A DNA stretch of 64,000 nt, taken from contig MEOF01000019.1 of the NCBI GenBank assembly GCA_001769505.1, positions 68,159-132,158 of the forward strand, in the 5' to 3' direction. This document shows positions 18,953 through 28,194 of this stretch, one piece after another. The position numbers and the translations under genes are program-made. Under the pieces are notes generated by a model that saw only the letters and a program-made list of their open reading frames with translations, made no database searches and was not told the DNA's origin. Positions within the stretch are counted from its first letter, which is position 1, and each line of letters opens with the position of its first letter. This stretch comes from Bacteroidetes bacterium GWF2_33_38. GTDB lineage: Bacteria > Bacteroidota > Bacteroidia > Bacteroidales > GWF2-33-38.

Positions 18953-19711
18953 ATGAATTCAATATATACACAACTAGCTGAAATTGAAAAAAATCGAGAA
19001 AATATTGCATTGTGCACTATTCTCGAAACAAAAGGCTCGACTCCTCGAAAAGCCGGCTCAAAAATGATTGTTTGGGAAGATGGTCGAATTTTTGGAACCG
19101 TTGGAGGTGGAACTATTGAAAAATCAATTATTGAAGATGCAAAAACACAAATAAAATTATCACAAGCAATAAAAAAGTTCTATAACCTAGGTGACGATTT
19201 AGGAATGCATTGTGGTGGTAAAATGGAAGTATTTATCGAACCAATAATTTCGAAACTTAAACTTTACGTTTTCGGAGCAGGGCACATTGGCAAATCGCTC
19301 GCAAAATATTGCCCTGACTTTGGTTTTTCGGTTACTATGATTGACGATAGACCTGAAGTTTTTGAACATTTTAGTTTTGGAAATGCCGAGTGCATAATCA
19401 AAAACTTTTCACAAGCAATTGACGAATTAAAATTTGACAATAACACTTTTAGTGTTGTGGTAACATATAATCATGCAAACGACGAAGCAGTGGTTGAAAA
19501 AATTGCAAAAAAACCACATAAATACGTTGGAATGATTGGAAGTAAAACCAAAGTTGCCTTAGCAAAAAAACGATTTTTAGAAGAAAAAATATTTACTCAA
19601 GACGAACTTGATAAAATTCATATGCCAATAGGGATAAAATTCAATGCTCAAACTCCTGACGAAATTGCATTGAGCATTGTAGCACAATTAATTGATATAA
19701 AAAATTCATAA
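18953..19711 (+). CDS. xdhC: XdhC-family molybdenum-hydroxylase accessory protein
   Basis: An XdhC/CoxI N-terminal region (ALCTILETKGSTPRKAGSKM) is followed by a Rossmann-like C-domain (LYVFGAGHIGKSLA). It sits directly upstream of xdhA. Confidence 0.8.
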   Translation: MNSIYTQLAEIEKNRENIALCTILETKGSTPRKAGSKMIVWEDGRIFGTVGGGTIEKSIIEDAKTQIKLSQAIKKFYNLGDDLGMHCGGKMEVFIEPIISKLKLYVFGAGHIGKSLAKYCPDFGFSVTMIDDRPEVFEHFSFGNAECIIKNFSQAIDELKFDNNTFSVVVTYNHANDEAVVEKIAKKPHKYVGMIGSKTKVALAKKRFLEEKIFTQDELDKIHMPIGIKFNAQTPDEIALSIVAQLIDIKNS

Positions 19712-19714
19712 AAT

Positions 19715-21163
19715 ATGTCAAAAAATGAAAATATTGTAAAATTCATGCTTGACAACAAAGTTGTTGAAATTGATTTTGAAAAAGATAACATTAGTCCGAC
19801 AACGACTGTATTAAAGTACCTCCGAAAAACTCCCGAGCACAAAGGAGTTAAAGAGGGCTGTGGCGAAGGCGATTGCGGAGCTTGCACGGTTGTAATTGCC
19901 GATTACGATAGCCATAGCAAATTACATTATAAAGCTTACACATCATGTTTAATTTTTTTGCCCTCGATTCATGGCAAGCAAATTATTACTGTTGAAGGAG
20001 TGGGTAGTTCAGATAATATGCACCCTGTTCAATCAGCCTTGGTTGAAACTGATGGAAGTCAGTGTGGATATTGTACTCCTGGTTTCACAATGTCGATGTT
20101 TGCCTTGTACAAAGAGTACCAAAAACCTTCAAAAGATGTTATTTTAGATGCTTTAACAGGAAATTTATGTCGATGTACAGGTTATCGCCCCATAATTGAA
20201 GCCGCTGAAAAATCATGTGTTCGTAATGGAAAAGACCATTTTTCAGATAATGAAAATGCAACGGTTGAGACATTAAAAAAAATTCGAAAAGAAATTCCAT
20301 CGGTAAAAATTGAGACTAAAAAGCAAAAGTATTTCCTTCCTGCAACCGTGAAAGAAGCATTGGAGTTAAAAATGAAATATCCAAAAGCGATTATTATAAA
20401 TGGAGGAACCGATGTTGCTTTACGAGTAACAAAAAAGAAAGAATTATTATCTGAAATTATTGATTTGACAGGAATTCTAGAACTTAAATATGCAAAAGAC
20501 GAACAAAATCAAATGGTTTTTGGTTCAGGAATTTGCTTGGAAGACGTGAGAGTGATTGTAAAAAACGAATTTTCAGCATTATATGATATGCTTTCAATTT
20601 TTGGTTCAAAGCAAGTTCGAAATCGAGCTACCTTTGGAGGAAGTTTAGGTTCTGCATCGCCTATTGGAGATACAGCTCCGGTTTTAATGGCATATGATGC
20701 AATTTTGGTGTTGGAAAGTTTACAAGGAACAAGAGAAATTCAAAGCAGAGAGTTTGTTACCGGATATCGCCAAACTCAAATGAAAGAAAATGAGTTGATT
20801 GTTGCTGTGAAAATACCTAAGATTGATAAATCAGAAATTGTAAAATCGTACAAAATATCTAAACGAAAAGATTTAGATATTTCAACCGTTAGTAGCGGAT
20901 TTAGATTAAAGAAATCAGCAAAAAATATCGTTGAAGAAATTTGTTTAGTATATGGAGGAATGGCGGCAACAACTTCTCGCTCAAAACAAGCAGAAGCTTT
21001 CTTGCTTGGAAAAGAATGGACACGTGAAAATATTGAAAAAGCCATGAAATTAGTTGATGAAGATTTTACGCCAATTTCCGATGCTCGCTCTGGTGCTGAA
21101 GCAAGAAAAATTATGGCTAGGAATCTATTACTTAAATTTTATAATGACTCAATATGCAATTAG
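19715..21163 (+). CDS. xdhA: Xanthine dehydrogenase small subunit ([2Fe-2S] plus FAD-binding)
   Basis: GCGEGDCGACTV and CGYCTPGF...CRCTGYRPI are the two Fe-S motifs. FAD-binding and CO-dehydrogenase flavoprotein-type domains follow. The 482-aa length fits XdhA. Confidence 0.85.
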   Translation: MSKNENIVKFMLDNKVVEIDFEKDNISPTTTVLKYLRKTPEHKGVKEGCGEGDCGACTVVIADYDSHSKLHYKAYTSCLIFLPSIHGKQIITVEGVGSSDNMHPVQSALVETDGSQCGYCTPGFTMSMFALYKEYQKPSKDVILDALTGNLCRCTGYRPIIEAAEKSCVRNGKDHFSDNENATVETLKKIRKEIPSVKIETKKQKYFLPATVKEALELKMKYPKAIIINGGTDVALRVTKKKELLSEIIDLTGILELKYAKDEQNQMVFGSGICLEDVRVIVKNEFSALYDMLSIFGSKQVRNRATFGGSLGSASPIGDTAPVLMAYDAILVLESLQGTREIQSREFVTGYRQTQMKENELIVAVKIPKIDKSEIVKSYKISKRKDLDISTVSSGFRLKKSAKNIVEEICLVYGGMAATTSRSKQAEAFLLGKEWTRENIEKAMKLVDEDFTPISDARSGAEARKIMARNLLLKFYNDSICN

Positions 21164-21202
21164 TAATTATCAATATGCAAATAACAATTAGTAATATTCA
21201 AT
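21156..21202 (+). repeat. Left boundary repeats of the four-helix-bundle cassette
   Basis: GCAATTAGTAATTATCAAT (21156-21174, containing the xdhA stop) is repeated as ACAATTAGTAATATTCAAT (21184-21202). TCAATATGCAA also occurs twice, at 21149 and 21170. The second copy is the inverted partner of 21604-21622. Confidence 0.75.
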
Positions 21203-21221
21203 AGGAAAGAAAAAATATAGA

Positions 21222-21581
21222 ATGGCGGAAGGAAATAATATAGTTAAAGAAAAGGCTTTTGAATTTGCAGTTAAAATTATTGAATTGGGTAAATTTTTAA
21301 TGAATGAGAAAAAGGAATTTATTATCTCCAAACAAATAATTAGGAGTGGAACATCGGTTGGAGCAAATATTGAAGAATCTATTGGAGGTGTTTCAAAAGC
21401 TGATTTTAGTTATCGCCTTTCAATTAGCTATAAAGAAGCTCGTGAAACACATTATTGGTTAAGATTATTAGAAAGAACAAATTATATAGAAAAAGTAAAA
21501 TGCAATGAGTTGTTGAATGAATGCGATGAAATATGTAAACTACTTTATGTAATAATTCGCTCAACAAATAAGAATAAGTAA
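21222..21581 (+). CDS. Four-helix-bundle protein (23S rRNA intervening-sequence protein family)
   Basis: The pattern is typical of the family: AFEFAVKII...IIRSGTSVGANIEES...SISYKEARETHYWLRLL. The length is 119 aa. Confidence 0.85.
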   Translation: MAEGNNIVKEKAFEFAVKIIELGKFLMNEKKEFIISKQIIRSGTSVGANIEESIGGVSKADFSYRLSISYKEARETHYWLRLLERTNYIEKVKCNELLNECDEICKLLYVIIRSTNKNK

Positions 21582-21603
21582 TATTGTCAATTGTAGTTTA
21601 TTA

Positions 21604-21622
21604 ATTGAAGATTACTAATTGT
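21604..21622 (-). repeat. Right inverted repeat of the four-helix-bundle cassette
   Basis: The reverse complement ACAATTAGTAATCTTCAAT matches 21184-21202 at 18 of 19 positions. Confidence 0.75.
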
Positions 21623-21638
21623 AAATTGAAAATTGATT

Positions 21639-23942
21639 ATGAAAAAAATAGTACACGAGAGTGCAAAATACCACGTAACAGGAGAAGCTGTTTATATCGA
21701 CGATATGTTGGTTAACGAGCAGTGTTTACATGGAGTTTTATATACAAGTCCAATTGCTCACGGTAAGATAAAATCGTATGATTTGTCAGCAGCAAAAGCA
21801 TTAAGCGGAATACATGCAATATTGACTTATAAAGATATTCCCGGACACAATCAAATGGGACCCATTTTTCACGACGAAGTAGTTTTGGCTGAAGATAAAG
21901 TTGAGTTTATTGGTCAGGCAATATTCTTGATAGCTGCTGAAAATGAAGAAATTGCAGAAGAAGCAAAAAGATTAATCAAAATAGAATTTGAAGAATTAGA
22001 ACCGGTTTTAACTATTGAAAAATCGATGGAGTTAGGAAATTTAATTCAGCCTCCACGAAAGATTGAAACCGGAAATATTGAAGAAGCATTCAAATCGGCA
22101 AAAAATATTATTGAAGATATTCTTTACGTTGGTGGTCAAGAACATTGGTATCTTGAAACACAAACAGCATTATGCTTTCCCGGCGAAGGACAAGAAATTA
22201 AAGTTTACAGTTCGACTCAAAATCCTTCAGAAATTCAAGCAATTGTTTCAGAAGTTTTAGGCATAAGCAAAATGCAGGTTGAAGTAGATATGCGTCGAAT
22301 GGGTGGCGGTTTTGGAGGCAAAGAGAGCGAAGCAAATCATATTGCTGCATGGACTGCAATTTTAGCTGTCAACACCAAACGTCCTGTAAAAATGAGATTT
22401 TTTCGCGATGAAGACCAAAAAATTACTGGAAAGCGTCATCGTTTTTTATTGAAATACAAAGCGGCTTTTGATAATGATGGAATTATCTCAGCAATTGATG
22501 TTGAGCAAAGTACCGATGCTGGCTGGGCTACCGATTTAACCATGTCGATTTTGGAGCGAGCAATGATGCACGCCGAAAATTCATATTACATTCCTAATAT
22601 GCGAATTATAGGAAATGCTTGGCGAACAAATCTTCCTTCAAATACTGCTTACAGAGGTTTTGGCGGTCCACAAGGAATGGCTGGTATGGAAACCATTATT
22701 GACCGAATTGCACGAAAGTTAAAAATTGATGCTGCCGAAATTCGTTTTCGTAACTTTATGGGAATGGAAGAACGAAATACAACTCCTTATGGACAAAAAG
22801 TAGAAAACAACCGCTTGTTCATGCTTTGGGAACAAATAAGAAAAACATCTGATTATCAAAATAGAAGAAAAAAAGTTGATGAATTCAATGCCAAAAATGA
22901 ATTTGTAAAACGAGGTTTGGCATTAACTCCAATTAAATTTGGAATTTCATTTACCACTTCATTCTTAAATCAAGCAGGAGCATTGGTTCATGTTTATAAC
23001 GATGGAACCGTTTTAGTTAGTCATGGCGGAACTGAAATGGGACAAGGATTGAATACGAAAATTAAACAAGTTGCAGCTCTTGAATTTGGAATTGATTACG
23101 ATAAAGTTCGTGTAAACTCTACCAATACTGCGAGAGTTCCTAATACTTCTCCAACGGCAGCATCTTCGGGTACGGATATGAACGGAATGGCTGTAAAAAA
23201 TGCCGTAGATATTTTAAAATCAAGAATCTCGGAATTTATTGCCAAAAAATTTAATATCGAAAACGCCGATTCAAAATCGAAAATTGAAAATATTGTTTTT
23301 GAAAACGATACCGTTTTTGATATACAAAATACAAATCGCAGAATTAGTTTCAAAGACGCTGTTTCTGCCAGCTATTTAGGTAGAGTAAGTTTAAGTTCAA
23401 CAGGATTTTACAAAACTCCAGGCGTTCATTTCGATAGAGCTAAAGGGACAGGAAATCCATTTTTCTACTTTGCTTTTGGAATGTCGGTTTCTGAAATCGA
23501 ATTAGATGTTTTAACCGGAAGAACCAAGTTTTTACGTGCAGATATTTTACATGATGTTGGAGAATCGATAAATCCAGATATTGATAAAGGACAAGTTGAA
23601 GGAGCTTTTATTCAAGGAGTTGGCTGGGTTACAACCGAAGAAATGAAATACGATGGTAAAGGAAATTTATTGAATCATTCTCCCGACACATACAAAATAC
23701 CAAGCATTCAGGATATTCCAGAAATATTTAATGTTAATTTGTTGCAAAACGCTCCAAACCCAAACACAATTCGAAGAAGCAAAGCCGTGGGCGAGCCTCC
23801 ATTTATGTTGGCATTTTCCACTTGGTTAGCCATTAAAGATGCTATTTCGGCAGTAACAAACCATGAAATTGAACCCGAATTTAGAATTCCGGCAACCAAT
23901 GAAAATATTTTACTCGCAATTGAAAAAATAAAGAGATTTTAA
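21639..23942 (+). CDS. xdhB: Xanthine dehydrogenase molybdopterin-binding subunit
   Basis: It is an aldehyde oxidase/xanthine dehydrogenase a/b-hammerhead plus Moco-binding protein of about 767 aa. Supporting motifs are GGGFGGKE, YRGFGGPQG and KAVGEPP. The ATG is at 21639. Confidence 0.85.
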   Translation: MKKIVHESAKYHVTGEAVYIDDMLVNEQCLHGVLYTSPIAHGKIKSYDLSAAKALSGIHAILTYKDIPGHNQMGPIFHDEVVLAEDKVEFIGQAIFLIAAENEEIAEEAKRLIKIEFEELEPVLTIEKSMELGNLIQPPRKIETGNIEEAFKSAKNIIEDILYVGGQEHWYLETQTALCFPGEGQEIKVYSSTQNPSEIQAIVSEVLGISKMQVEVDMRRMGGGFGGKESEANHIAAWTAILAVNTKRPVKMRFFRDEDQKITGKRHRFLLKYKAAFDNDGIISAIDVEQSTDAGWATDLTMSILERAMMHAENSYYIPNMRIIGNAWRTNLPSNTAYRGFGGPQGMAGMETIIDRIARKLKIDAAEIRFRNFMGMEERNTTPYGQKVENNRLFMLWEQIRKTSDYQNRRKKVDEFNAKNEFVKRGLALTPIKFGISFTTSFLNQAGALVHVYNDGTVLVSHGGTEMGQGLNTKIKQVAALEFGIDYDKVRVNSTNTARVPNTSPTAASSGTDMNGMAVKNAVDILKSRISEFIAKKFNIENADSKSKIENIVFENDTVFDIQNTNRRISFKDAVSASYLGRVSLSSTGFYKTPGVHFDRAKGTGNPFFYFAFGMSVSEIELDVLTGRTKFLRADILHDVGESINPDIDKGQVEGAFIQGVGWVTTEEMKYDGKGNLLNHSPDTYKIPSIQDIPEIFNVNLLQNAPNPNTIRRSKAVGEPPFMLAFSTWLAIKDAISAVTNHEIEPEFRIPATNENILLAIEKIKRF

Positions 23943-24230
23943 ATGGCGAACTTGTTTTTAGTGGATGATTTTATGGAAGCTCAAGAACTTTTTAATAATG
24001 GGAAATATAAAAAGTCAAAAAAAAAATTTCAGTCAATTTATGATGAGCTTATTTCTTCTGATACTGATTGCATGGGAGATATGGGAATTTGTGGGGTTTC
24101 TGAAAACTATCTAGAAGAAATAAATAGAAAACTAAAAATGAATCAATTTAATAATTTCATTGCCTATTTCTTGATTTTTTTCTTTACCATCATTGGAAGT
24201 ATCATATTATATAAATTTACAATGGTTTAA
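23943..24230 (+). CDS. Small tail-anchored membrane protein, hypothetical
   Basis: Its ATG abuts the xdhB stop codon (TAAATG). A C-terminal TM segment FIAYFLIFFFTIIGSIILY is present. Confidence 0.35.
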   Translation: MANLFLVDDFMEAQELFNNGKYKKSKKKFQSIYDELISSDTDCMGDMGICGVSENYLEEINRKLKMNQFNNFIAYFLIFFFTIIGSIILYKFTMV

Positions 24231-24299
24231 CATGGAAATCCAATAATTTCATGTTTTTTAATGAAATAAATTATTGCATAAAAAATGGCATAATATATT

Positions 24300-25460
24300 A
24301 TGATTCAATTTAGTAATACGGAAATATCTTTCCAATACAAATCGGACAAAGAGCTGAAGAAATCTTTAATAATTTTTCGATATTTATTTTCTGGCTTTAT
24401 GCTTGAGTTTGGGAAATTTGCAGTAAATTTTGCTTTAAAACTTAATCTTCCTATACGATGGGCAGTAAAACCACTAATATTTCATCAATTTTGTGGCGGC
24501 GAAAATATTGCTGAATGCTCAAAAGTAATTTCAACATTGGCAAAATACAATGTGAAATCGATTCTTGATTATTCTGTTGAGGGAAAATCAGTAGAAAATG
24601 AGATAATGGAGGTATTTCACGAAACAATAGAAACTATTAATCAGGCATCGAAAAATAAAAATATTTCATTTGCGGTTTTTAAACCCAGTGCATTTGCCCC
24701 GAAAGACATACTCGAAAAAGCAAGTCAAAAAAAGCTAAGTGAAAAGGAAGAAATTGCATTTCAATTTTTTGTTGACAAAGTTGACAAATTATGTAGTCAT
24801 GCATCAAAACAAAAAGTGAAGCTATTGGTTGACGCTGAACATTTTTCGTTTCAACAAATTGTTGATGATGTTACTTTTTCGATGATGAAAAAGCACAATT
24901 CATCGGAAGTATATATTTTTAACACATTACAAATGTATCGGTCTGATAGATTGCTTTATTTACAGGAAGTAATTCAATGTTCGAAAAACGAAAAATTCAA
25001 GTTGGGAATTAAGTTGGTTAGAGGTGCGTATATGGAAAACGAGCGAAAATTAGCCCAAGAAAAGAAATATTTATCACCCATCTTCAAAACAAAAGAAGAA
25101 ACAAATATTACATTTAACAATGCGGTGAAACTTTGTGTTGAAAACATCGAGATTTTGAATTTGTTTTGTGGGACACATAACGAAGATAGTTGCCTATTGT
25201 TGACCGAATTAATGGCTATGCAAAATATTTCAAAAAATGATGATAGAATCTTTTTTGCCCAATTGTATGGCATGAGCGACAATATCAGTTTTAATTTATC
25301 AAAAGAGGGATATAATGTAGCAAAATATATTCCGTATGGTCCAGTAAAAGAAGTTATGCCTTATTTACTTCGTCGAGCTGACGAAAATTCCTCAGTCAAA
25401 GGCCAATCAAGTAGAGAATTAGAATTGATTATTCGAGAAGTGAAAAGAAGAAATTTATAG
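24300..25460 (+). CDS. Proline dehydrogenase
   Basis: The size is that of a monofunctional PRODH. The conserved C-terminal motif is PYLLRRADENSSVKGQ, and the preceding AQLYGM is typical. Confidence 0.75.
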   Translation: MIQFSNTEISFQYKSDKELKKSLIIFRYLFSGFMLEFGKFAVNFALKLNLPIRWAVKPLIFHQFCGGENIAECSKVISTLAKYNVKSILDYSVEGKSVENEIMEVFHETIETINQASKNKNISFAVFKPSAFAPKDILEKASQKKLSEKEEIAFQFFVDKVDKLCSHASKQKVKLLVDAEHFSFQQIVDDVTFSMMKKHNSSEVYIFNTLQMYRSDRLLYLQEVIQCSKNEKFKLGIKLVRGAYMENERKLAQEKKYLSPIFKTKEETNITFNNAVKLCVENIEILNLFCGTHNEDSCLLLTELMAMQNISKNDDRIFFAQLYGMSDNISFNLSKEGYNVAKYIPYGPVKEVMPYLLRRADENSSVKGQSSRELELIIREVKRRNL

Positions 25461-25468
25461 TTGATGTA

Positions 25469-26581
25469 CTAGATTTTACATTCACTTGTGCAATCTACAT
25501 TCACTTTATTTTTTTTGTTTTTTCGCATGAAATTTAAACCGCCTTTACTGCATGAATCAATACAGTCAGTACAGGCAATGCATTCACGGTTATCAAGTTC
25601 GCTGTGTTTATCTTTTCTGTAAATAGCATCTATTTTACATGCATTATTGCAAACTTTGCAACCGGCACATTTGCCGTTTATTCCAATTAAAGAAGCCCCC
25701 GGAATAGCACTAATCCATCCCAACGAAATCCCGATTGGGCATGCTGCCCGACAAAAAGGGCGAAATGTAAATAATGATGTAAGCAGAATTAAACCCAAGA
25801 GAATTCCCCCGAGTATTTCATTATCATAAGGAAGTTGAAGATTAAACGCTAGCATAAATGGGTCGATTTTACACCAAAAAACTTCTTGTTGTATAACGAG
25901 TTGGATAATTAATACTGCTATTAAAATGTATCGCAGTATTTTTAGAAATGTTTGAGATTTTGCACTCTTAAGAAAATTAAAACGAGCCGGAAGATATAAA
26001 AACTCTTGTAAAGCTCCTAAATGGCAAATCCAACCGCACCAAACTTTTCCGAAGATATATGTGACTGGAATTAAGGCTAAAAAATAAATCATGTTTTGCC
26101 AAGGAATATCCATGCCCGTGAAAAAAAGTATCGTGTTTTCGAAATGAAGTATTGGACAAGGGCATGCACCTTGATAAAAACCTAAAATAAGAAGCGACGA
26201 CAGCAAAAAAAGATTTCTGAAATTTCTGGCAAATGGTATTCTTGACAGAATCCCGGCTAAAATGGTAAATCCCAGAATCCAATATATCCAATATAGTCCG
26301 GTATTATCTTCGGCTTGTGCCGATGTACATGAAGAATTACAACCCGTTGTGCTTTTACATGTCGATGCACATGAACTCAGACTGTCGTTGGATGTTGTAT
26401 TTTCATTCCACTCACTAAATTCATCTTCAGAATCTTCGTTCCATTCTTTAAATTCATCTTCAACAACCGACGACGTATCTGCCTTATCATTTGCAACAGC
26501 AATGGTATTAATATTAAAGATGAGTACAAAAAATAAGAAAATAAGTTTCGAGAATAAACGAAGTTGTAAAGAAGAATTCAT
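25469..26581 (-). CDS. NapH/MauN-like membrane polyferredoxin (4Fe-4S binding) with an acidic repeat and Cys-rich N-terminal extension
   Basis: The motifs ACPCP, WCGWICHLGALQE, FRPFCRAACPIG, CAGCKVCNNAC and CIACTDCIDSC are present with 4-5 TM segments. The N-terminus has DEFKEWNEDSEDEFSEWNEN and CASTCKSTTGCNSSC. Confidence 0.7.
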   Translation of the reverse strand: MNSSLQLRLFSKLIFLFFVLIFNINTIAVANDKADTSSVVEDEFKEWNEDSEDEFSEWNENTTSNDSLSSCASTCKSTTGCNSSCTSAQAEDNTGLYWIYWILGFTILAGILSRIPFARNFRNLFLLSSLLILGFYQGACPCPILHFENTILFFTGMDIPWQNMIYFLALIPVTYIFGKVWCGWICHLGALQEFLYLPARFNFLKSAKSQTFLKILRYILIAVLIIQLVIQQEVFWCKIDPFMLAFNLQLPYDNEILGGILLGLILLTSLFTFRPFCRAACPIGISLGWISAIPGASLIGINGKCAGCKVCNNACKIDAIYRKDKHSELDNRECIACTDCIDSCSKGGLNFMRKNKKNKVNVDCTSECKI

Positions 26582-26583
26582 GC

Positions 26584-26964
26584 TTAGCTTTTTAACGGTT
26601 CGGATATAAATTTAATACTTCCTGAACCTCCGGTTCGGGGACAAGTTCTTACAGCATTAAAAATTAGATTTCCGTCTTTTGTCCCGACAACGGTTAATTT
26701 TACTTTTCGTTCCCATACGCCGGGCTGAATTTCTTTCCATTCGGTTGCACTTTTTATTTTTAGCCCCGTTGGATTAAACTTCGTATCGCTGATTACAACA
26801 TCACAATTACGATGAATAAAGATGGCTTTTACTTTTATAACAATTTCGTCTCCAATTTTATAAGTCGCTTTTTTTTCGCCGACTACTTCAATTTCAAATT
26901 CGCAAGCTTGAATTGCAATTATACTTGAAAGCATAAATCCTGCAATTAATAATAAACGTTTCAT
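26584..26964 (-). CDS. Small secreted or lipoprotein partner of the polyferredoxin, hypothetical
   Basis: The signal peptide ends in AIQAC, a possible lipobox. Three Cys are conserved-looking. Its stop lies 2 nt before the downstream start. Confidence 0.45.
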   Translation of the reverse strand: MKRLLLIAGFMLSSIIAIQACEFEIEVVGEKKATYKIGDEIVIKVKAIFIHRNCDVVISDTKFNPTGLKIKSATEWKEIQPGVWERKVKLTVVGTKDGNLIFNAVRTCPRTGGSGSIKFISEPLKS

Positions 26965-27084
26965 TTGAGGTATTTTTACAAATTTTACCGTAAATGTATC
27001 AAAAATTTAGCCAGTTTATCAAATCTTGGTATCTGTATATTTTGATATATTAATTAAGTTTCAGATTTACAGTAAAATAAATAT

Positions 27085-27885
27085 TTATGAAAAAAGGAGT
27101 TCAAAAAGTCCAAAAAGGTGCGATGTGTATAAAACAATAATTATAACCAACATCCATCGAATAATATTCGCTCCCCAAGTAACAGCAAATTGAGAAGCAA
27201 TGTATCCTCCAAAAACATTTCCAATTGCAGAAATAAGTCCCATTCCATATTCAACTTGGTTGTTGTACATAAAAATAGCTAATGCAAATGGGCTATAAAG
27301 CAGCACAATAAAAACTTTTAATGCATTTGCTTTTACCAAATCATATCCTGCATTTAAAACCAATGCGGCAAGTAAAAATATTCCAACACCAATATGAATA
27401 AAACCACCATAAACTCCAATTACAAAAAAAATCAATAACTGTATGTAGGTTGGTTTACGCTTAACTTTATCAAGTCTTCCTTTTATCCATTGGTCTGGAT
27501 TGTAAAAAATGAAAAAGAGCATCAGTATCATTACAAATCCGACGATTAGTTCAAATATGTTTTTATTCAGGCTTATAGCAATTTGAGCACCTACAATTGA
27601 GCCAATTACAGTTGGAATTCCTAAAATAATTCCCTTTTTTATGTCAAGTACATTTTGTTTTTTAAAATTCAGCGATGCTGCAAGAGTTTGCAGAATTACT
27701 CCTAACCGGGTAGTTCCGTTTGAGATACCCGGAGGCAATCCAAGCAAGATGAAAAAAGAATACGATATTATGGTTCCACTTCCTGCAATGGTATTAATAA
27801 TTCCAACTAAAAACCCTGAAAAGATTAATAGTGCAATAATTTGCCAGCTAAAAATGTCGTATGACGATAAAAACTCTACAATCAT
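27085..27885 (-). CDS. TauE/SafE-family anion exporter
   Basis: It is a polytopic membrane protein of about 266 aa with an internal duplication and glycine-rich TM segments (INTIAGSGTII, YGGFIHIGVGIF). Confidence 0.65.
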   Translation of the reverse strand: MIVEFLSSYDIFSWQIIALLIFSGFLVGIINTIAGSGTIISYSFFILLGLPPGISNGTTRLGVILQTLAASLNFKKQNVLDIKKGIILGIPTVIGSIVGAQIAISLNKNIFELIVGFVMILMLFFIFYNPDQWIKGRLDKVKRKPTYIQLLIFFVIGVYGGFIHIGVGIFLLAALVLNAGYDLVKANALKVFIVLLYSPFALAIFMYNNQVEYGMGLISAIGNVFGGYIASQFAVTWGANIIRWMLVIIIVLYTSHLFGLFELLFS

Positions 27886-28158
27886 GAGTTAAAATGAGTG
27901 GCAAAGTTCAGAAATAAATTCAATTTTTAACGATTTAGATTAAGAAAAAACAGTTGCAATCGATATTTTCCCTGCCACATTGAAATAAACAAAAAAAACT
28001 GTCTAGCTTTTATTCCTAAATAGGTCATGATTGCTATGTGTTTAAATTTTAGTTAATTCCATATATTGGGAATGCTTGTTGTAAAATTATCGAGGACTGT
28101 GCAGTACTAATTATTTTGTAAATTAGTTATTGAAATTTGCTAAAATAAATTTTATTAT

Positions 28159-28166
28159 ATAAGTTT
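28159..28166 (+). promoter_or_regulatory. Bacteroidota -7 promoter box TAAGTTTG
   Basis: It matches TAnnTTTG and lies 29 nt upstream of the ATG at 28195. It is a possible promoter for the whole protease-to-RT gene string. Confidence 0.4.
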
Positions 28167-28194
28167 GTTTATGGTTGAAAATAGTAAAATAAAT

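Noticed and set aside
16238-23942. A functional link between an apparently orphan hypF and the adjacent xdhC-xdhAB cluster (a carbamoyl/cyanide-type ligand for a Mo enzyme).
   Set aside because: A good terminator (18477-18513) and a separate small membrane gene lie between hypF and xdhC, so co-transcription is unlikely. The other hyp and hydrogenase genes may simply lie outside the window. Adjacency alone is not evidence.
28015-28058. CCTAAATAGG resembles the start of element B (GCCTAATAAATAGG). It might be a third attC-like site upstream of the protease gene.
   Set aside because: Only a 10-nt partial match with an indel. No GTTRRRY core follows at a suitable distance (GTTAATT fails the consensus), and there is no extended palindrome.
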